A stretch of 64,000 nucleotides of DNA. Source: Hyaloraphidium curvatum SAG 235-1. Taxonomy: Eukaryota; Fungi; Monoblepharomycota. The stretch covers positions 1-64,000 of the forward strand of contig JAIVFI010000013.1 in the NCBI GenBank assembly GCA_025558095.1. The letters are read 5' to 3'. Positions 47,920-59,107 of the stretch are shown piece after piece. The first letter of the stretch is position 1, and each line of letters starts with the position of its first letter. Under the pieces are notes generated by a model that made no database searches, was not told the origin of the DNA, and worked only from the letters and a program-made list of their open reading frames with translations. Position numbers and translations under genes: made by a program.

Positions 47920-49578
47920 ATGGCTTCGCTACCCGATCCCGAGGCCGGGGACGCTGCTGTCGAGGCCGCGGCCGCGCCCGACCTCCTTGCCGCTCGTGCC
48001 GACGATGCCCTTGCGGACCGCACTTCCTCCCTTTCCGACGAGACGGCGGGCGAGCATGGCCGCGCGATCGACATGGGCACATCGAAACTGGAGGCCGAAA
48101 TGGCCACCTCAAAACCGCCGAACGACGGGCGGCCCGACGTCGATCCCGAGAAGGGGCCGGGGGACGCAAAGGGCGACATCGTCGAGGACGCGCCGGCGAC
48201 ACCCACGCCCGCCATGCTGGGGGACTACGAGGGCGCCTACCGATATGCGGTCATCGGCAACGGGTTCCTCATCCTGTTCATTTCCGCGGGCATCCAGTTC
48301 TCCAACGGCACGTACGTCCGCAATTACGTCTACTTGAACTACTTCGGCCCCGGAACCTCCTTCTTCGTTATCTCCTTCCTCGGCTCCCTCGCGACGGGCG
48401 CCTACTCCCTCGTCGGCATGGTCGCCGGACCCCTGGCCGATTTCTTCGGCCCGAGGATCTTCGTCATGTTTGCGGGGGTGCTCAACTGCCTCGCCATGAC
48501 CGCCGCGAGCTTCGCGAACCAGCCGTGGCAGATGCTACTATCGCAGGGGCTGCTCTCGGGCATCGCGGCTTGTCTCACTTTCCTCGGTATCGTCGCGTCG
48601 GTCAACCAGTACTTCTTCAAGAAGCGCGGGATGGCCATGGGCATGACCGTCGGTGAGATACACGCCCTCGAATGCTTCTGCATCTAAAGAGCTGACACTG
48701 CCTCCCGTGCAGCCGGCGGAGGCGTCGGCGGGTTCTGCATCGCATTGCTTTCACAGTACCTCATCGACCACTACGGAATCCCGTGGTCTCTGCGCATCAT
48801 GGGACTCATGGCATTGGTCTCGGGGCTGATCGGCGGGTTCCTGATCCGGGAGCGCGTTCCCTCCGGGCTCAAGCTGGGCAAGAAAGCCCGGGGCGCCATC
48901 TTTGACTTCTCAGCGTTCAAGAACAAGCATTTTGTCGCTTTCTTCATTGCTGGCGCGATCTTCATGTTCGGTTACATGCTCCCATACATCTACCTCCCAA
49001 GCTACACGACCTCGTTCGGCTACTCGGCCTCGCTCTCTTCCCTTTCGCTCGGTCTCATCAACCTCTCCTCCTCCGTCGGGCGCGTCGTCGTCGGCATCGT
49101 TGGCGACAAGATTGGCTACCTCAACACCTACCTGATTACTCAGAGCATTGCGGCGCTCTCCGTTCTTTTGGTTTGGACGTTCGCGAAAGTCTATGCAACC
49201 ATCGTCGTCTTCGCGTGTCTGTATGGCATTTTCGCCGGCAGCGTCATTTCACTGATGGCCCCGATGATGTTCGCCTTGTTCGGCGGCGGGCCGGCCGCGG
49301 TGGCCATGCTCGGCATGGGGATGTCGAGCGGCGTCGTCTCCTCTTTCGCAGGCCCGCCAATCGCGGGCCTAATCACGGATGCCAACACAACCGTAGTCAA
49401 CGGGGTCAAGTCGATCAACTGGGTCCCGACCATCCTTTTGTGAGTTTGCCTGCGGCAAAACCTCTCGCTGTTGCTGACGAGATCGATCACCAGTGGTGGC
49501 TGCATGCTTCTGGCTGGTCTCATTCCGATGTTCTGGGTAAGGTGGGACCGAGTGGGCCTCAAGGTCGTCCGCATATGA
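47920..49578 (+). CDS. MFS monocarboxylate transporter-like (MCH family), 2 introns
   Basis: GPLADFFGPR, SQGLLSG, QYFFKKRGMAMG, GRVVVGIVGDKIG, GPPIAG. Confidence 0.9.
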
Positions 49579-49729
49579 GCGGCCACATAAATTGGAGTGT
49601 CATCTTTACGAGTAGATGTGTCTGCTCGAAGCAGAGTTGATGGTTCAGTTGCTGCGAGAGAGAGTCGAGAGCCGGGCGGCACTTGCCACCGGGAGAATCT
49701 CGGGCCTCGAACGTCCCCCGCAACCCGCG

Positions 49730-50926
49730 ATGTCCTCCGTTCCTGCCGTTCGCGCGGCATTTTCCTCCTCGGCGAGCAACTACCAGCTCGTTCTTGAAGC
49801 GGTGCGCACGCTGGCATGGCGGGCCGCGCCGGACGTGCGGGCTCCCGGGCCGGACGAGGTCCTCCTCCGGATGGCCCGCGTCGGCATCTGCGGAAGGTAC
49901 GAAGCATCTCATGGACGCGATTCCTGGAAAGAAAGAGAACTGAAACGCGTTGCAGTGACACGCACATGTACCAAGGCTTCATTCCGGCGGAGTTTCCCCT
50001 CCCGATGGGCCACGAGGGTGAGCCTGCGCGCCGCTGGCCGGTTCCACGCGTTGGACCCAACGAGCTCCGTCGCAGGCGCCGGCTATGTCCACGCTGTGGG
50101 CAGCAACGTCACCAACCTGCGCCCCGGCGACCTGGTGGCCATCGAACCGGAAGTTTATCGGGTCCCCTCGGTTACCCCCGACCCCCGCGACCCCCGCGGC
50201 ATGATCGCGCGGTACTTCCTCCATCCCGCGCGCCTGTGCCACCGGATGACGGTGTCCGCCGAGGAAGCGGCCTTCATCGAGCCGCTCGCCGTAGGCGTGC
50301 ACTGCGCCGTCCGGGGCGGCGTCGGGCCCGGCACCAAGGTGGTCGTCCTCGGCGCTGGCCCCGTGGGCCTGGCCGCCGCCATCGGCGCCAAGGCCCTAGG
50401 TGCCGAATGGGTCGCCATGGCGGACGTGAGCGAGGGGAGGCTCGAGGTCGCCAAGCGGACCATCCCGATCGACAGGACCATCCACACGGGAGGGCTTTCG
50501 ACGCGTGGGGCGGCGATCCGCATCGTGGAGACGTGTGGGTTCCAGCCCAAAATTATCCTGGACGCTGCCGGCTTCCCGACTTCGATCGACACGGCGATGA
50601 GGGCGGTCGCCCAGTTCGGGACGATCTCGCTCGTGGGGGTGCCTCCCAAGTTGCCGCAGTTTGCGATGGTCCAGATCGTTACCAAGGAGATTTCGTACTT
50701 AGGTAGCTTCGCATACGGCCCAAACGGAGAGGACTTTGCTCGGGCAGCGGAGCTCGTCAACTCGGGCAAGGCCAACGTCAAGCCGCTCATCACGGACCTT
50801 GTCACCCTGGACGACGTGGATGGAGCCTTCAAGAAGAGCGAGGCGGGCGGGAACACCGTGAAAGTGATGTTCCGGCTCCCCGAGGAGGCCGAGATCGAGT
50901 CCCGGGCGGTGACGGCCGCGTTGTAG
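49730..50926 (+). CDS. Sorbitol/xylitol dehydrogenase-like MDR enzyme
   Basis: GICG-SDTH, MGHE, GDLVAIEP, EAAFIEPLAVGVH, GAGPVG. Confidence 0.85.
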   Translation: MSSVPAVRAAFSSSASNYQLVLEAVRTLAWRAAPDVRAPGPDEVLLRMARVGICGRYEASHGRDSWKERELKRVAVTRTCTKASFRRSFPSRWATRVSLRAAGRFHALDPTSSVAGAGYVHAVGSNVTNLRPGDLVAIEPEVYRVPSVTPDPRDPRGMIARYFLHPARLCHRMTVSAEEAAFIEPLAVGVHCAVRGGVGPGTKVVVLGAGPVGLAAAIGAKALGAEWVAMADVSEGRLEVAKRTIPIDRTIHTGGLSTRGAAIRIVETCGFQPKIILDAAGFPTSIDTAMRAVAQFGTISLVGVPPKLPQFAMVQIVTKEISYLGSFAYGPNGEDFARAAELVNSGKANVKPLITDLVTLDDVDGAFKKSEAGGNTVKVMFRLPEEAEIESRAVTAAL

Positions 50927-51094
50927 TTTGCCAGCGTGTTCAGATCCACTCGAGCCATTGGATGCTGACTGACTTCGTGATGCCAATGCCTTGCTTCGTG
51001 TCTCCCGGGCGCGGAGTTTGTCGACACATCCGAACATTCCACCGAACCGACTCACTCGCACCTTTCCTCCCACGCATTCCCACCTTCCGCCGCA

Positions 51095-52711
51095 ATGGCC
51101 ACCCGCGTCTCGCAGAAAGTCGTCGAGCGTGGGAATTCCCGAAGCCTGCGGTGGTCCGCTGCGCCGTCTGATAACCCCTCGGCCCCGCCGTTTCGCGCCG
51201 GTTCCCCAACCTCCGACGCCCTCCTCCCCGCTCCGCGTCGGCCGTACCGACTCCGTTCCCCGTCGTCGCAGATGGCAAGCCGCTCCAGCGCGTCGAGGAG
51301 CCCATGCCCAAGCCCAAGGCCGGGGAGGTGCTGATCAAGGTCACTTCGGCGGGCCTGTGCCACTCGGACAGTGCGTCTCTTGTTTCGGAGCACCACGCAC
51401 GCGATTTGACCTCTTCCCGATGCAGTTCACGTCCACGACGGGTACATGGACATGGGCGGTGGCGTCAAGTTCCCCTGGGCCGCTATGGGCGTCAACACCC
51501 CCATCGGTGAGCTTTTTCGAGTCGTCTTTGCCCCGAGGCCAACAAAAGGCTTGAAAAACAGCTATGGGGCACGAGATTGTGGGCGAGGTCGTGGAGCTCG
51601 GAGAGGGCGCCACTGGCGTCGAGGTCGGAAAACGCTACGTTGTGTGGCCCTGGGCAGGTTGTATGAAGGACACCTGCGCGGCGTGCCAGGCGGGGAGCAA
51701 CGTGTGCCCCGACGGCCTTTCCTGGCTCGGCCTCCACCTCGACGGCGGGTTCTCGACCCACATTATCGTCCCGAAAGCGAGGTGGGTCGACAGTCGCCTT
51801 CACAGCTCTTCCCTGACGACCATCTCCCTCCCCAAAGGTACCTGATCCCGTTCTCGACCGTTTCCGAGGAGTTTGCCTCGACGCTCGCCTGCTCCGGCCT
51901 CACGGCCTACGGCGCGATCCAGAAGGCCCTGGCCACCCTGCCCGGCGGCAAGTTTAGCGACCAGCAGAAGTTGCTCATCTTCGGCGCCGGCGGGCTGTGG
52001 GTCTTGCGGCAGCCTCTCGTTCTGTTTCGCCGAAACTGAATATTGCCGCCCTCTTTACCACCTTCCCAACCCTCACAGCGGACTCCAGGCGGTCAAGATC
52101 GTCCGCACCCTCTTCCCCGACTACAAGCCCTCCGTCGCGGACATTGACCCCGCCAAGCGCGAGGCCGCCCTTGCCGCAGGCGCGGGCGAGGTCATCGACC
52201 CCACCGACGCCGCGGCGATGGGCAAGCTTGCGGCGACGGCCATGGCGACCGGCTACGCGCGCGCGATCGATTTCGTCGGCGCGGGGCCGTCGGTCTCCAA
52301 CGCCTTCACGCTGCTGCAGCGGGGTGGGGTGCTGATCGTCGTCGGGCTGTTCGGGGGCGTGGCGCAGATTCCCACGCTCGGGTTCACGGTGGCGGGGAGG
52401 AAGATCGAGGGGCACGGGACGGGGACTCTGACTCGTGGGTTCCATCGTAGTGCTCACGGGACCCTGTTGATGGATGTTTGCGCACGCAGAGCTCCAGGAG
52501 CTGACGAAGCTGGCAAGCGAAGGCAAGATCGAACCCATCCCGGTGCAGAAGCGACCCCTGGACGACGCCAACGCGGCTCTCGAGGATCTTCGGGTGGGTT
52601 CCGGAGCGGGACGCTTCACTGCCAGTGCAAGCTAACGAATGGCCATTCAATCTTTCACATCAGGCCGGCAAGATCATCGGTCGTGCGGTCCTCAAGCCCA
52701 ACGGGAATTAG
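51095..52711 (+). CDS. Zn-dependent alcohol dehydrogenase (MDR), multi-exon
   Basis: GLCHSD, MGHEIVG, four-Cys lobe (C..CAAC..C), LACSGLTAY, GAGG, IDFVG, GKIIGRAVL. Confidence 0.9.
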
Positions 52712-52716
52712 CTTCG

Positions 52717-53325
52717 TCAAGCGGAAGACTTGGACTGTTTGTCGGACGGATGTGCACCTTGAAGCTCCGCCAGCCGCTCCGCGATGCCGTCCGTCCACTG
52801 CCCGATGTCCGTCCAGTCACGATGGTCCCCGTACGTGCCCATGGTGAGCGTGAGCCAAGCGGCCATGACGTACCCGGGCCCGCCGGGGATGTCGGTGCGG
52901 TCCAGCCTGCCGGCAAAGAACCTGTGGTCGACCACGTCGAGCGCCTCCTTCAGCTTGGCCACGTCCGCCGGCACCGCATCGCCGCGCAGCCACCGTAGCA
53001 GCGCAGCGGGCACGTCGGCCATCACGCTCGAGGTCGCGCCCAGCGACGACACGGAGAAGAGCCATACGGGGATGCCTGTACGCAGCGATTCAGCGGCGCC
53101 GGCGACGAAGGGCGCCGCCTCAGGCAGCCACTCCTGGTTGTGGATCGACGAGCCGACGACCGCGGCGTCGTACCCGGCGAGCTTGGCGGGGTCGGCGTTC
53201 CGCATGCGGACGACGTCGACCGCCACCCCGGCGAGGCCCGGCTCCCCGCGCAGCCGCTCGGCGATGGCCTCGGCAATCTCCTTCGTAGAGCCGTGGTCCG
53301 TTTCGTAGGCAACGAGGACTTTCAT
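52717..53325 (-). CDS. Flavodoxin-domain protein (HemG/Flavodoxin_5-like), intronless
   Basis: MKVLVAYETDHGSTKEIAEAIA, YDAAVVGSSIH, VWLFSV, FFAGRL, GDHRDWTDIGQW. Confidence 0.9.
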   Translation of the reverse strand: MKVLVAYETDHGSTKEIAEAIAERLRGEPGLAGVAVDVVRMRNADPAKLAGYDAAVVGSSIHNQEWLPEAAPFVAGAAESLRTGIPVWLFSVSSLGATSSVMADVPAALLRWLRGDAVPADVAKLKEALDVVDHRFFAGRLDRTDIPGGPGYVMAAWLTLTMGTYGDHRDWTDIGQWTDGIAERLAELQGAHPSDKQSKSSA

Positions 53326-53632
53326 GGTGTGAGATTCGGAATTGTCGCGGAGTGACTCGCCGCCGCCAGGCAATCAGTCACTCGAAGTCTCATGAGCAGA
53401 ATCCATCGTGCTCCCGATCGGGGCGGCAACGCCATCTAACTTGATCAACATATGCACATTCAACGCACGCCGGTCCCGCTGCTGTACACTGGGCAAGAAA
53501 TGTGAGTTGGATCGATCCCGCGCATCCCAACTCGTGCTCAAGAGGAAAGCCCAAAGATGCTACTTGACTACCGAAACAGTTCGCTGTGCCCGCGGGATGT
53601 CGGTGATCTCGCAACGTCGGTGAATCTTGCCG

Positions 53633-54201
53633 TCAATACAGGGAAGTCACGGTAAACGTGCCGCTCGTCCCGACGTACGCGAATCCGCCCGGCAACGATC
53701 CCGCTCCGGTGATGTAGTAGCGGCCTCGAGAATTTGAGCACGATTTATTGTCCTGTTTCCCGCTTCGATTTGCAGATGCCACTGACCAGATGGGGTGCTG
53801 CACGGGATGCCGGTCGAGAATCCGCCAAAGTTGTAGGGAACGCCGTCTTGTATGTGGATCGGGGCCCACTGCAGGAGCGAGCAATAAATTGATGCCCGGC
53901 AGCTCGAGTTTCGACCTCAAGTAACCGTGGTGTTCTCGTGCCAGAGGTCGAAGTGGAGGTAGAAAATGCTCCCTTGGGCCAGCGCCCGTAGCGTCTCCCA
54001 GGTGAAGTTGATGCAGCTGGGCCAGTATGAGCATTGCGCGAAGTGCGGCGCGGAGCAAGAGGCGCACCTGCAAGTCTTGTAGACCTGACCCTCGGCAGGT
54101 GAGGTTATATTGATCGTTCCGGGGCTTTGGGCGTTCGTGGCCGTAGGCACCAGCAGAACGGCGAATGCGGCGACGATTGCGGCGATGTAGGGGACGCGCA
54201 T
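53633..54201 (-). CDS. Small secreted beta-rich protein (3 introns)
   Basis: Signal peptide MRVPYIAAIVAAFAVLLV; INITSPAEG, INFTW, GRYYI, SGTFTV (Kre9/Ig-like pattern). Confidence 0.6.
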
Positions 54202-54653
54202 GACGTCGCTCGTCTGCGGCGGGACGTTTGAAGAGCGGGGTGAGTCGATGAGTCGACGATCGCGATTGCGTTGCACAGCGGACGCGGTGCCGCCGGGATA
54301 TGCCCGCATGAACGAACAGATCTGGAGCCGAAAGGCCATTGGCGCCATGGGCATTCATCATGTCTTCTCCGGACGCAGTCATCCTTTCCTCCTCGCAAAT
54401 CATCGCCGGCTTCACTCACCGCGCGCCGCGCGTGCCTCGCCGTCCGGCCGATGCACATCTCGGCGCTATCGCGTCTGCTAGAGCATTTGACTGATCCGGA
54501 GGTTGCACCTTTTGCGAGGAGCACGCATTGCACGTCTCTCTTGCTGTCAGAGGTTAGGAAGGCGGCGTTCGGAGGGACCCGAGTTACGCCGCTACCAGCC
54601 CCACGCCGAGGGTTCCGTTCCGCTCTTCGCGCCTCTGCATTCTGCACTCTGCG

Positions 54654-55743
54654 ATGCCGGTCGTGCTCTCCACGCCCGCCAAGCTGGCTACCGTGCCCAT
54701 CGGCCTCGTTGTCGCGCGGCAGCTGGCACAGGCCATCGCTTATTACATTGCCGCCATCGCCCAGGTGCCCAAGACCGATGCACGCCTGCAGGTCAACTAC
54801 CGGACGGGAATCGCGGCCCTCGACTGGTTCTTCCAGTTTGTCGTGCCGTTCTTCCGCTTTTCTCTCGCGGAGCCGGCCGCGCGGACGTTCCTGAGCGCGC
54901 TGGGCGGCCTCCTGACGCCCTTTCTGTTCTATCCCGCGTTCGAGGGGCTCAAGCCCGGCGGCAACGCGCTGCACCTGCTTTACCCCGCGATGGGGCTCGG
55001 CATGCAGGTTCGCTCTCCACCCTCTTTTGCTTGCCATGAATCGCGTTGCTGACACCGCATGCAGCTCTTCGGCGTGGGCTTCGTCACCCCCCTTGTCTGG
55101 GTTCCCATGATGCTCTCTTACCCGCCCACCGGCGCGCTGCCGGCCGATGCGAGAACCACGCTCGGCGCAGCAGTGCTTTTCCTCGGGCAGGCGTTGAACG
55201 TCTGGGTGACGGCGAACATGGGGGCCAGGGGTGACAGGGGCACCAAGTTCGTGGCGTGGTTCCAGGTGGTGGGTGCCCGATCGGGGCAGTGAAAGAAAGC
55301 GGGCTGACACGGCGCGTTGCATTCGACAGGCACCGGCGCTCGCTTGGCTCCTGTGGTCGTTCGTCCCCTACCTGCCCGAGGCCTCCCCGATCCTTGGGAG
55401 CCTCCCCGCGGCCCCCAAAGACCTCGCCAAGAACGTCTACAGGCTCGCAGCTATCCTCGCCTTCCCTTCGCACGCCAGATTGGTCCTCTCCTTCCTCCGC
55501 AAGCCCGCGCGCATCCGCGAGGCGCTGGCCGTGTTCGACTCCACCGTCGCGAAAAGCTCGCCTGGCAAGGCCGCGGCCAGCTTCTTCGCCTGGGACTTTG
55601 TTGGGCTTGCCTCCACTCTGGGGTGGCTCGCAGCCGCGAGGAACGGGTTCGATACGGGCAGGGTGGGTTGGTTCCTGACAAAGGCCGTGCTGCTGGGGCC
55701 GGGGACGGCTCTCGGGATGGAAATGGCGTCGTGGGAGGCGTGA
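54654..55743 (+). CDS. Multi-pass membrane protein of unknown function (2 introns)
   Basis: Three hydrophobic exons joined by GT-AG introns; ends LLGPGTALGMEMASWEA. Confidence 0.6.
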
Positions 55744-56176
55744 AATGGTCGCTGCGTGGATCCCTTATTGCATTGATTGGAGAGGTGGCATTGTATATTC
55801 GATGAACGTTACACTACGAGGCGTTCTCGTACTCGAGCTTCCTCACGTCGGTTCCAAGCGGCCGTCCCTCGTCAAAAGTCAATGAGCCGCGCAATGCCAT
55901 GATGGGCCCAAGGCAGTGCTAGCAATCTTTTCGTTTGGTGCTCGTAACCCTCCGATTTCTGTCCCGACGTTGCCGGCCGTGCCGAGGCCCCCGGAGCGAT
56001 CGCGCGGCACGCGGCAGGCGGAGGTCCCTCGCTGATCCTGCCCCTCGATCCAATCGCCGCGCCAGGAACCCGACGCCGCCTCCGCCGGCTCGTTATCTCC
56101 GCCGAATCTTCCGCGTGCCCGCCGCCGTAGCGCCGGCCGCCCGTCGCCGCCCCACCGAAGCCGCCCGCCCGACGCG

Positions 56177-57054
56177 ATGTGAGCGAGACTCCGCACGCCA
56201 TCGCGCCACCGCCAACGCGTCCGCCGCCTTCGCACCAATTAGGCGCCGCCGAGGACCTTCGCCTCTCGCCACTGCGCTGGTCGTCGGCGGTCTAGCCAGC
56301 CGGAATGCTCAGACCAATGCCCAGTTGAAGCAGAGTCAGGCCCAGGTCGCGCAGATGCAGAGCCAGCAAGCTCAGCAGCAGGCCTACGCCGCCGGCGTCG
56401 CTGCTGGGCAAGGCCAGGTCCAGCAGGTCCCCGTGCAGGTGCAGCAAGTGCCCCAGCAGGTTGTGGTGGCAGCCCCGCCCGTCCAGCAGCATATCGGACC
56501 CAATGTCTTCGCCAGTGCGTCTTGCTCCGTACAACGTGCTCCTTGCATTGGACATTGATCAGATACGCGTCAACGTCCTTGCCTTTGGCAGTGCCTGCCG
56601 GCTGGCTCCGCCAGAAGGACCCGAACACGGGTACGTACCAATTCTCATCGTTCCCGGTGGCATATGCCTAATGCCTCCTAATTCCTCCTCATCCAGGCGA
56701 ATTCTTCTTTGTCAACACCAACGTGAACCCCGCCGTGACGCAGTGGGAGGCTCCGCCCGGCGCCACCTTCCCGCCGCCGCCCGGGCCCCCCCCGCCGGAG
56801 CCGCCGTAGGTTTTCGCCCCTGAGGAGGGAATAAGTGCCGCTGATCTTCGCCTCGGACAGGCTGCCGAGGGGTTGGTGCGTGCAGGAGGACCCTCCGACC
56901 GGGTTCCTCTACTACGTCAGTGGGTATCCTATGGCTTCCTGAGCTACGATCTCCAAGCTCATCGCCGGGGTCCGCAGACACACTTGTTGACCCGCCGCGG
57001 TCCCAGTGGGATCCTCCGGTCGTCGGCGGGCTGGCCCCTCCCCCGGCATACTAG
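56177..57054 (+). CDS. Gln-rich protein with two WW domains and C-terminal PPPAY
   Basis: Spliced WW1 MPAGWLRQKDPNTGEFFFVNTNVNPAVTQWEAP, WW2 LPRGWCVQEDPPTGFLYYVNTLVDPPRSQWDPP. Confidence 0.78.
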
Positions 57055-57149
57055 GCTCGCGAACACGGACATCGGGACTTGTTTCCAACAGCATGCGTCA
57101 ACACGAAATCTTTGCTATCTCTTCCCCGCTTCCCTTTCCCCATACCGCC

Positions 57150-58784
57150 TTACTGTATCGCCGCCGGACACACAATCGTCCTCTCGATCACGCCCGCATC
57201 GACCCCCAGGATCCCGCACACCCTCCTGTAGTATGCGTTCTTTGCCGACGCCCACGAGTTGGACTCGCACCCCGACTGCGAGTTGACCACGACGTTGGCC
57301 GCCGTGATGCCGTACCTGAACGGGTCCATCATGGCCTGGTGGCACGTGATGCTCCGCGACGAGGTGGCGCGCATGTAGAACCACAGCGAGGTGATCCAGG
57401 CCATCTGCCGCGCGGGCGGGGTGGTGGATGCGATGTTCGCGGGGATCTGGTTGTTCCCGCCGGGGTTGGGGCCGGGGAAGCCGAAGGTGCCGGGCTGGCC
57501 CATGAAGGATTTGCGGTCCACGGTGATGATGAGGTTCGGGTAGCGCACCAGGCGGTAGTCCCCGAAGAGCTCGAGCGAGCAGGGCGCGTAGTTGAAGTTG
57601 TACGAGAGCTGCTGCACCCCCCGGCCTCCGTACTGGCGTGCTGGTCAGGTGCCGCAGACCATGGTCACCAAGGAGACCCACCTGACAGTACATCCCGTGG
57701 CACGCCGTCGCCCTGTTGTTGCTCCATCCCCTCGACGCCAGCGCCGAGGGCTTAACCTTATCCTGCTCAGCGCGGGGCTCGTCGCCGTACAGCGTGCCGT
57801 CGTCTGACACGCCAACGAGACCGGGCTCGAAGACGACTCCGCCGCCAGTGCCCTGGCCGAGGCCGAAGCTCGTCTGGTTCCCGTTCGTCAGCGACAAGAC
57901 GGACGATGCCAGGGCAGTTTGCTGGAAGCCCATGAGGTACTTTTCGTTGGCGTTGAGCGCTGCCCGTCACCGCGTGAGACGCCGAATTGCAGTCGTGCCG
58001 CAAGGAACCCACCGATCTTGGCGTTCAGTATCCCCGTCAGCGGCGGCGGATCGCCCACTTTGTCCAGCGGCGTCATCGACGCCGCGAGCCCCTCGACGAT
58101 GCACAGCAGGCCCCCCGCGCCCAGCGTGTTGAACTCCGGCCCCGTCCTCGCGTCCGCCGCGGGCCACGCCCAAGGGTACGGCACGGTCAGCGACGGGTCC
58201 CCCGTCTCCTGGATCGCCGAGGCGAAAAAGGCGGCGACCTCGAGGACGTTGGTCAGGTGGTCCGTCGCGGAGGTGCCGAAGCCGTGCAGGCGGGCGTCGG
58301 GGTGGGCTTCGAGCCAGTCGACGGCGGAGAGGAAGGATTCGAGGTCGTAGAAGGGGGCTCCGTCGCCGGTGTAGACAGCCGAGGCCTTGTGGTAGGGGAA
58401 GATGCGCTCGAAGGTGGCCTGCGTGAGCCAAGAGCGGAGCGACTGGGCTCCGTTTGCCGGAGGCGGCGGCGGCGGTGCCGGCCTCTGGGTCGGCAGGACC
58501 GCAGGGGGCTGCACCTTCTTCGACGTCGTCTTCTTGCGCTTCGACGTCGTCTTGCGGCGTTTCGTCGTCGTTTTCTTCTTGGGCCGCGCGCGCATCACCA
58601 CGGGGGCAGGCGTTTCCGGCTCCTCGGCCGGCCCGCCGAAGGCCGCGAGCTTCTCGGCGATTTGCCGCCGCCCGAGGCCGCGCCGCTTCCCCGCCGCAGG
58701 CACGGTCGCCGCATCTCCCCCCGGGAGCAATGCGGCGAGCACGACCAGCAGGATGGGAAGCAGGGAGCACGCTGCGAGCCGCAT
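57150..58784 (-). CDS. Secreted glycoside hydrolase family 19 (chitinase-like), 2 introns
   Basis: Signal peptide; FYDLESFLSA, EVAAFFASAIQETG, GLLCIVE, GRGVQQLSYNFNY, SLWFYM, VVN..GC. Confidence 0.88.
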
Positions 58785-59107
58785 TTCGGGAACTGCGGCG
58801 GGTCGCCGGCCCGCAATTCTGGCCCGTGCGGGGCACGCCCTGCGGGTCGGACGGCCGCCCCGGTGCGAATGCAATGCAGAGACGAGCTTGGCAGGCCACC
58901 TGAGCTGCAATTCGTGCGGGGAGCGCGGCGGCACTGTGGCGGTTCCGGCTTGAGATCGGGCGGGGCGAGGCGCAGCGGCGACAATGGCTGCGGCTCCTCA
59001 ACGGTCCCCCGCGTCATCACCACTCAAACCAAAGGAAAGTATTGGCACCGAAAAGTCATGTAGACGAATCAGAAATCCCCGTTTTGCCCAATCCTACATT
59101 TCCCCGT

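Noticed and set aside
53917-53919. TGA ending ORF 53917-54354 as recoding
   Set aside because: It lies inside a predicted GT-AG intron.
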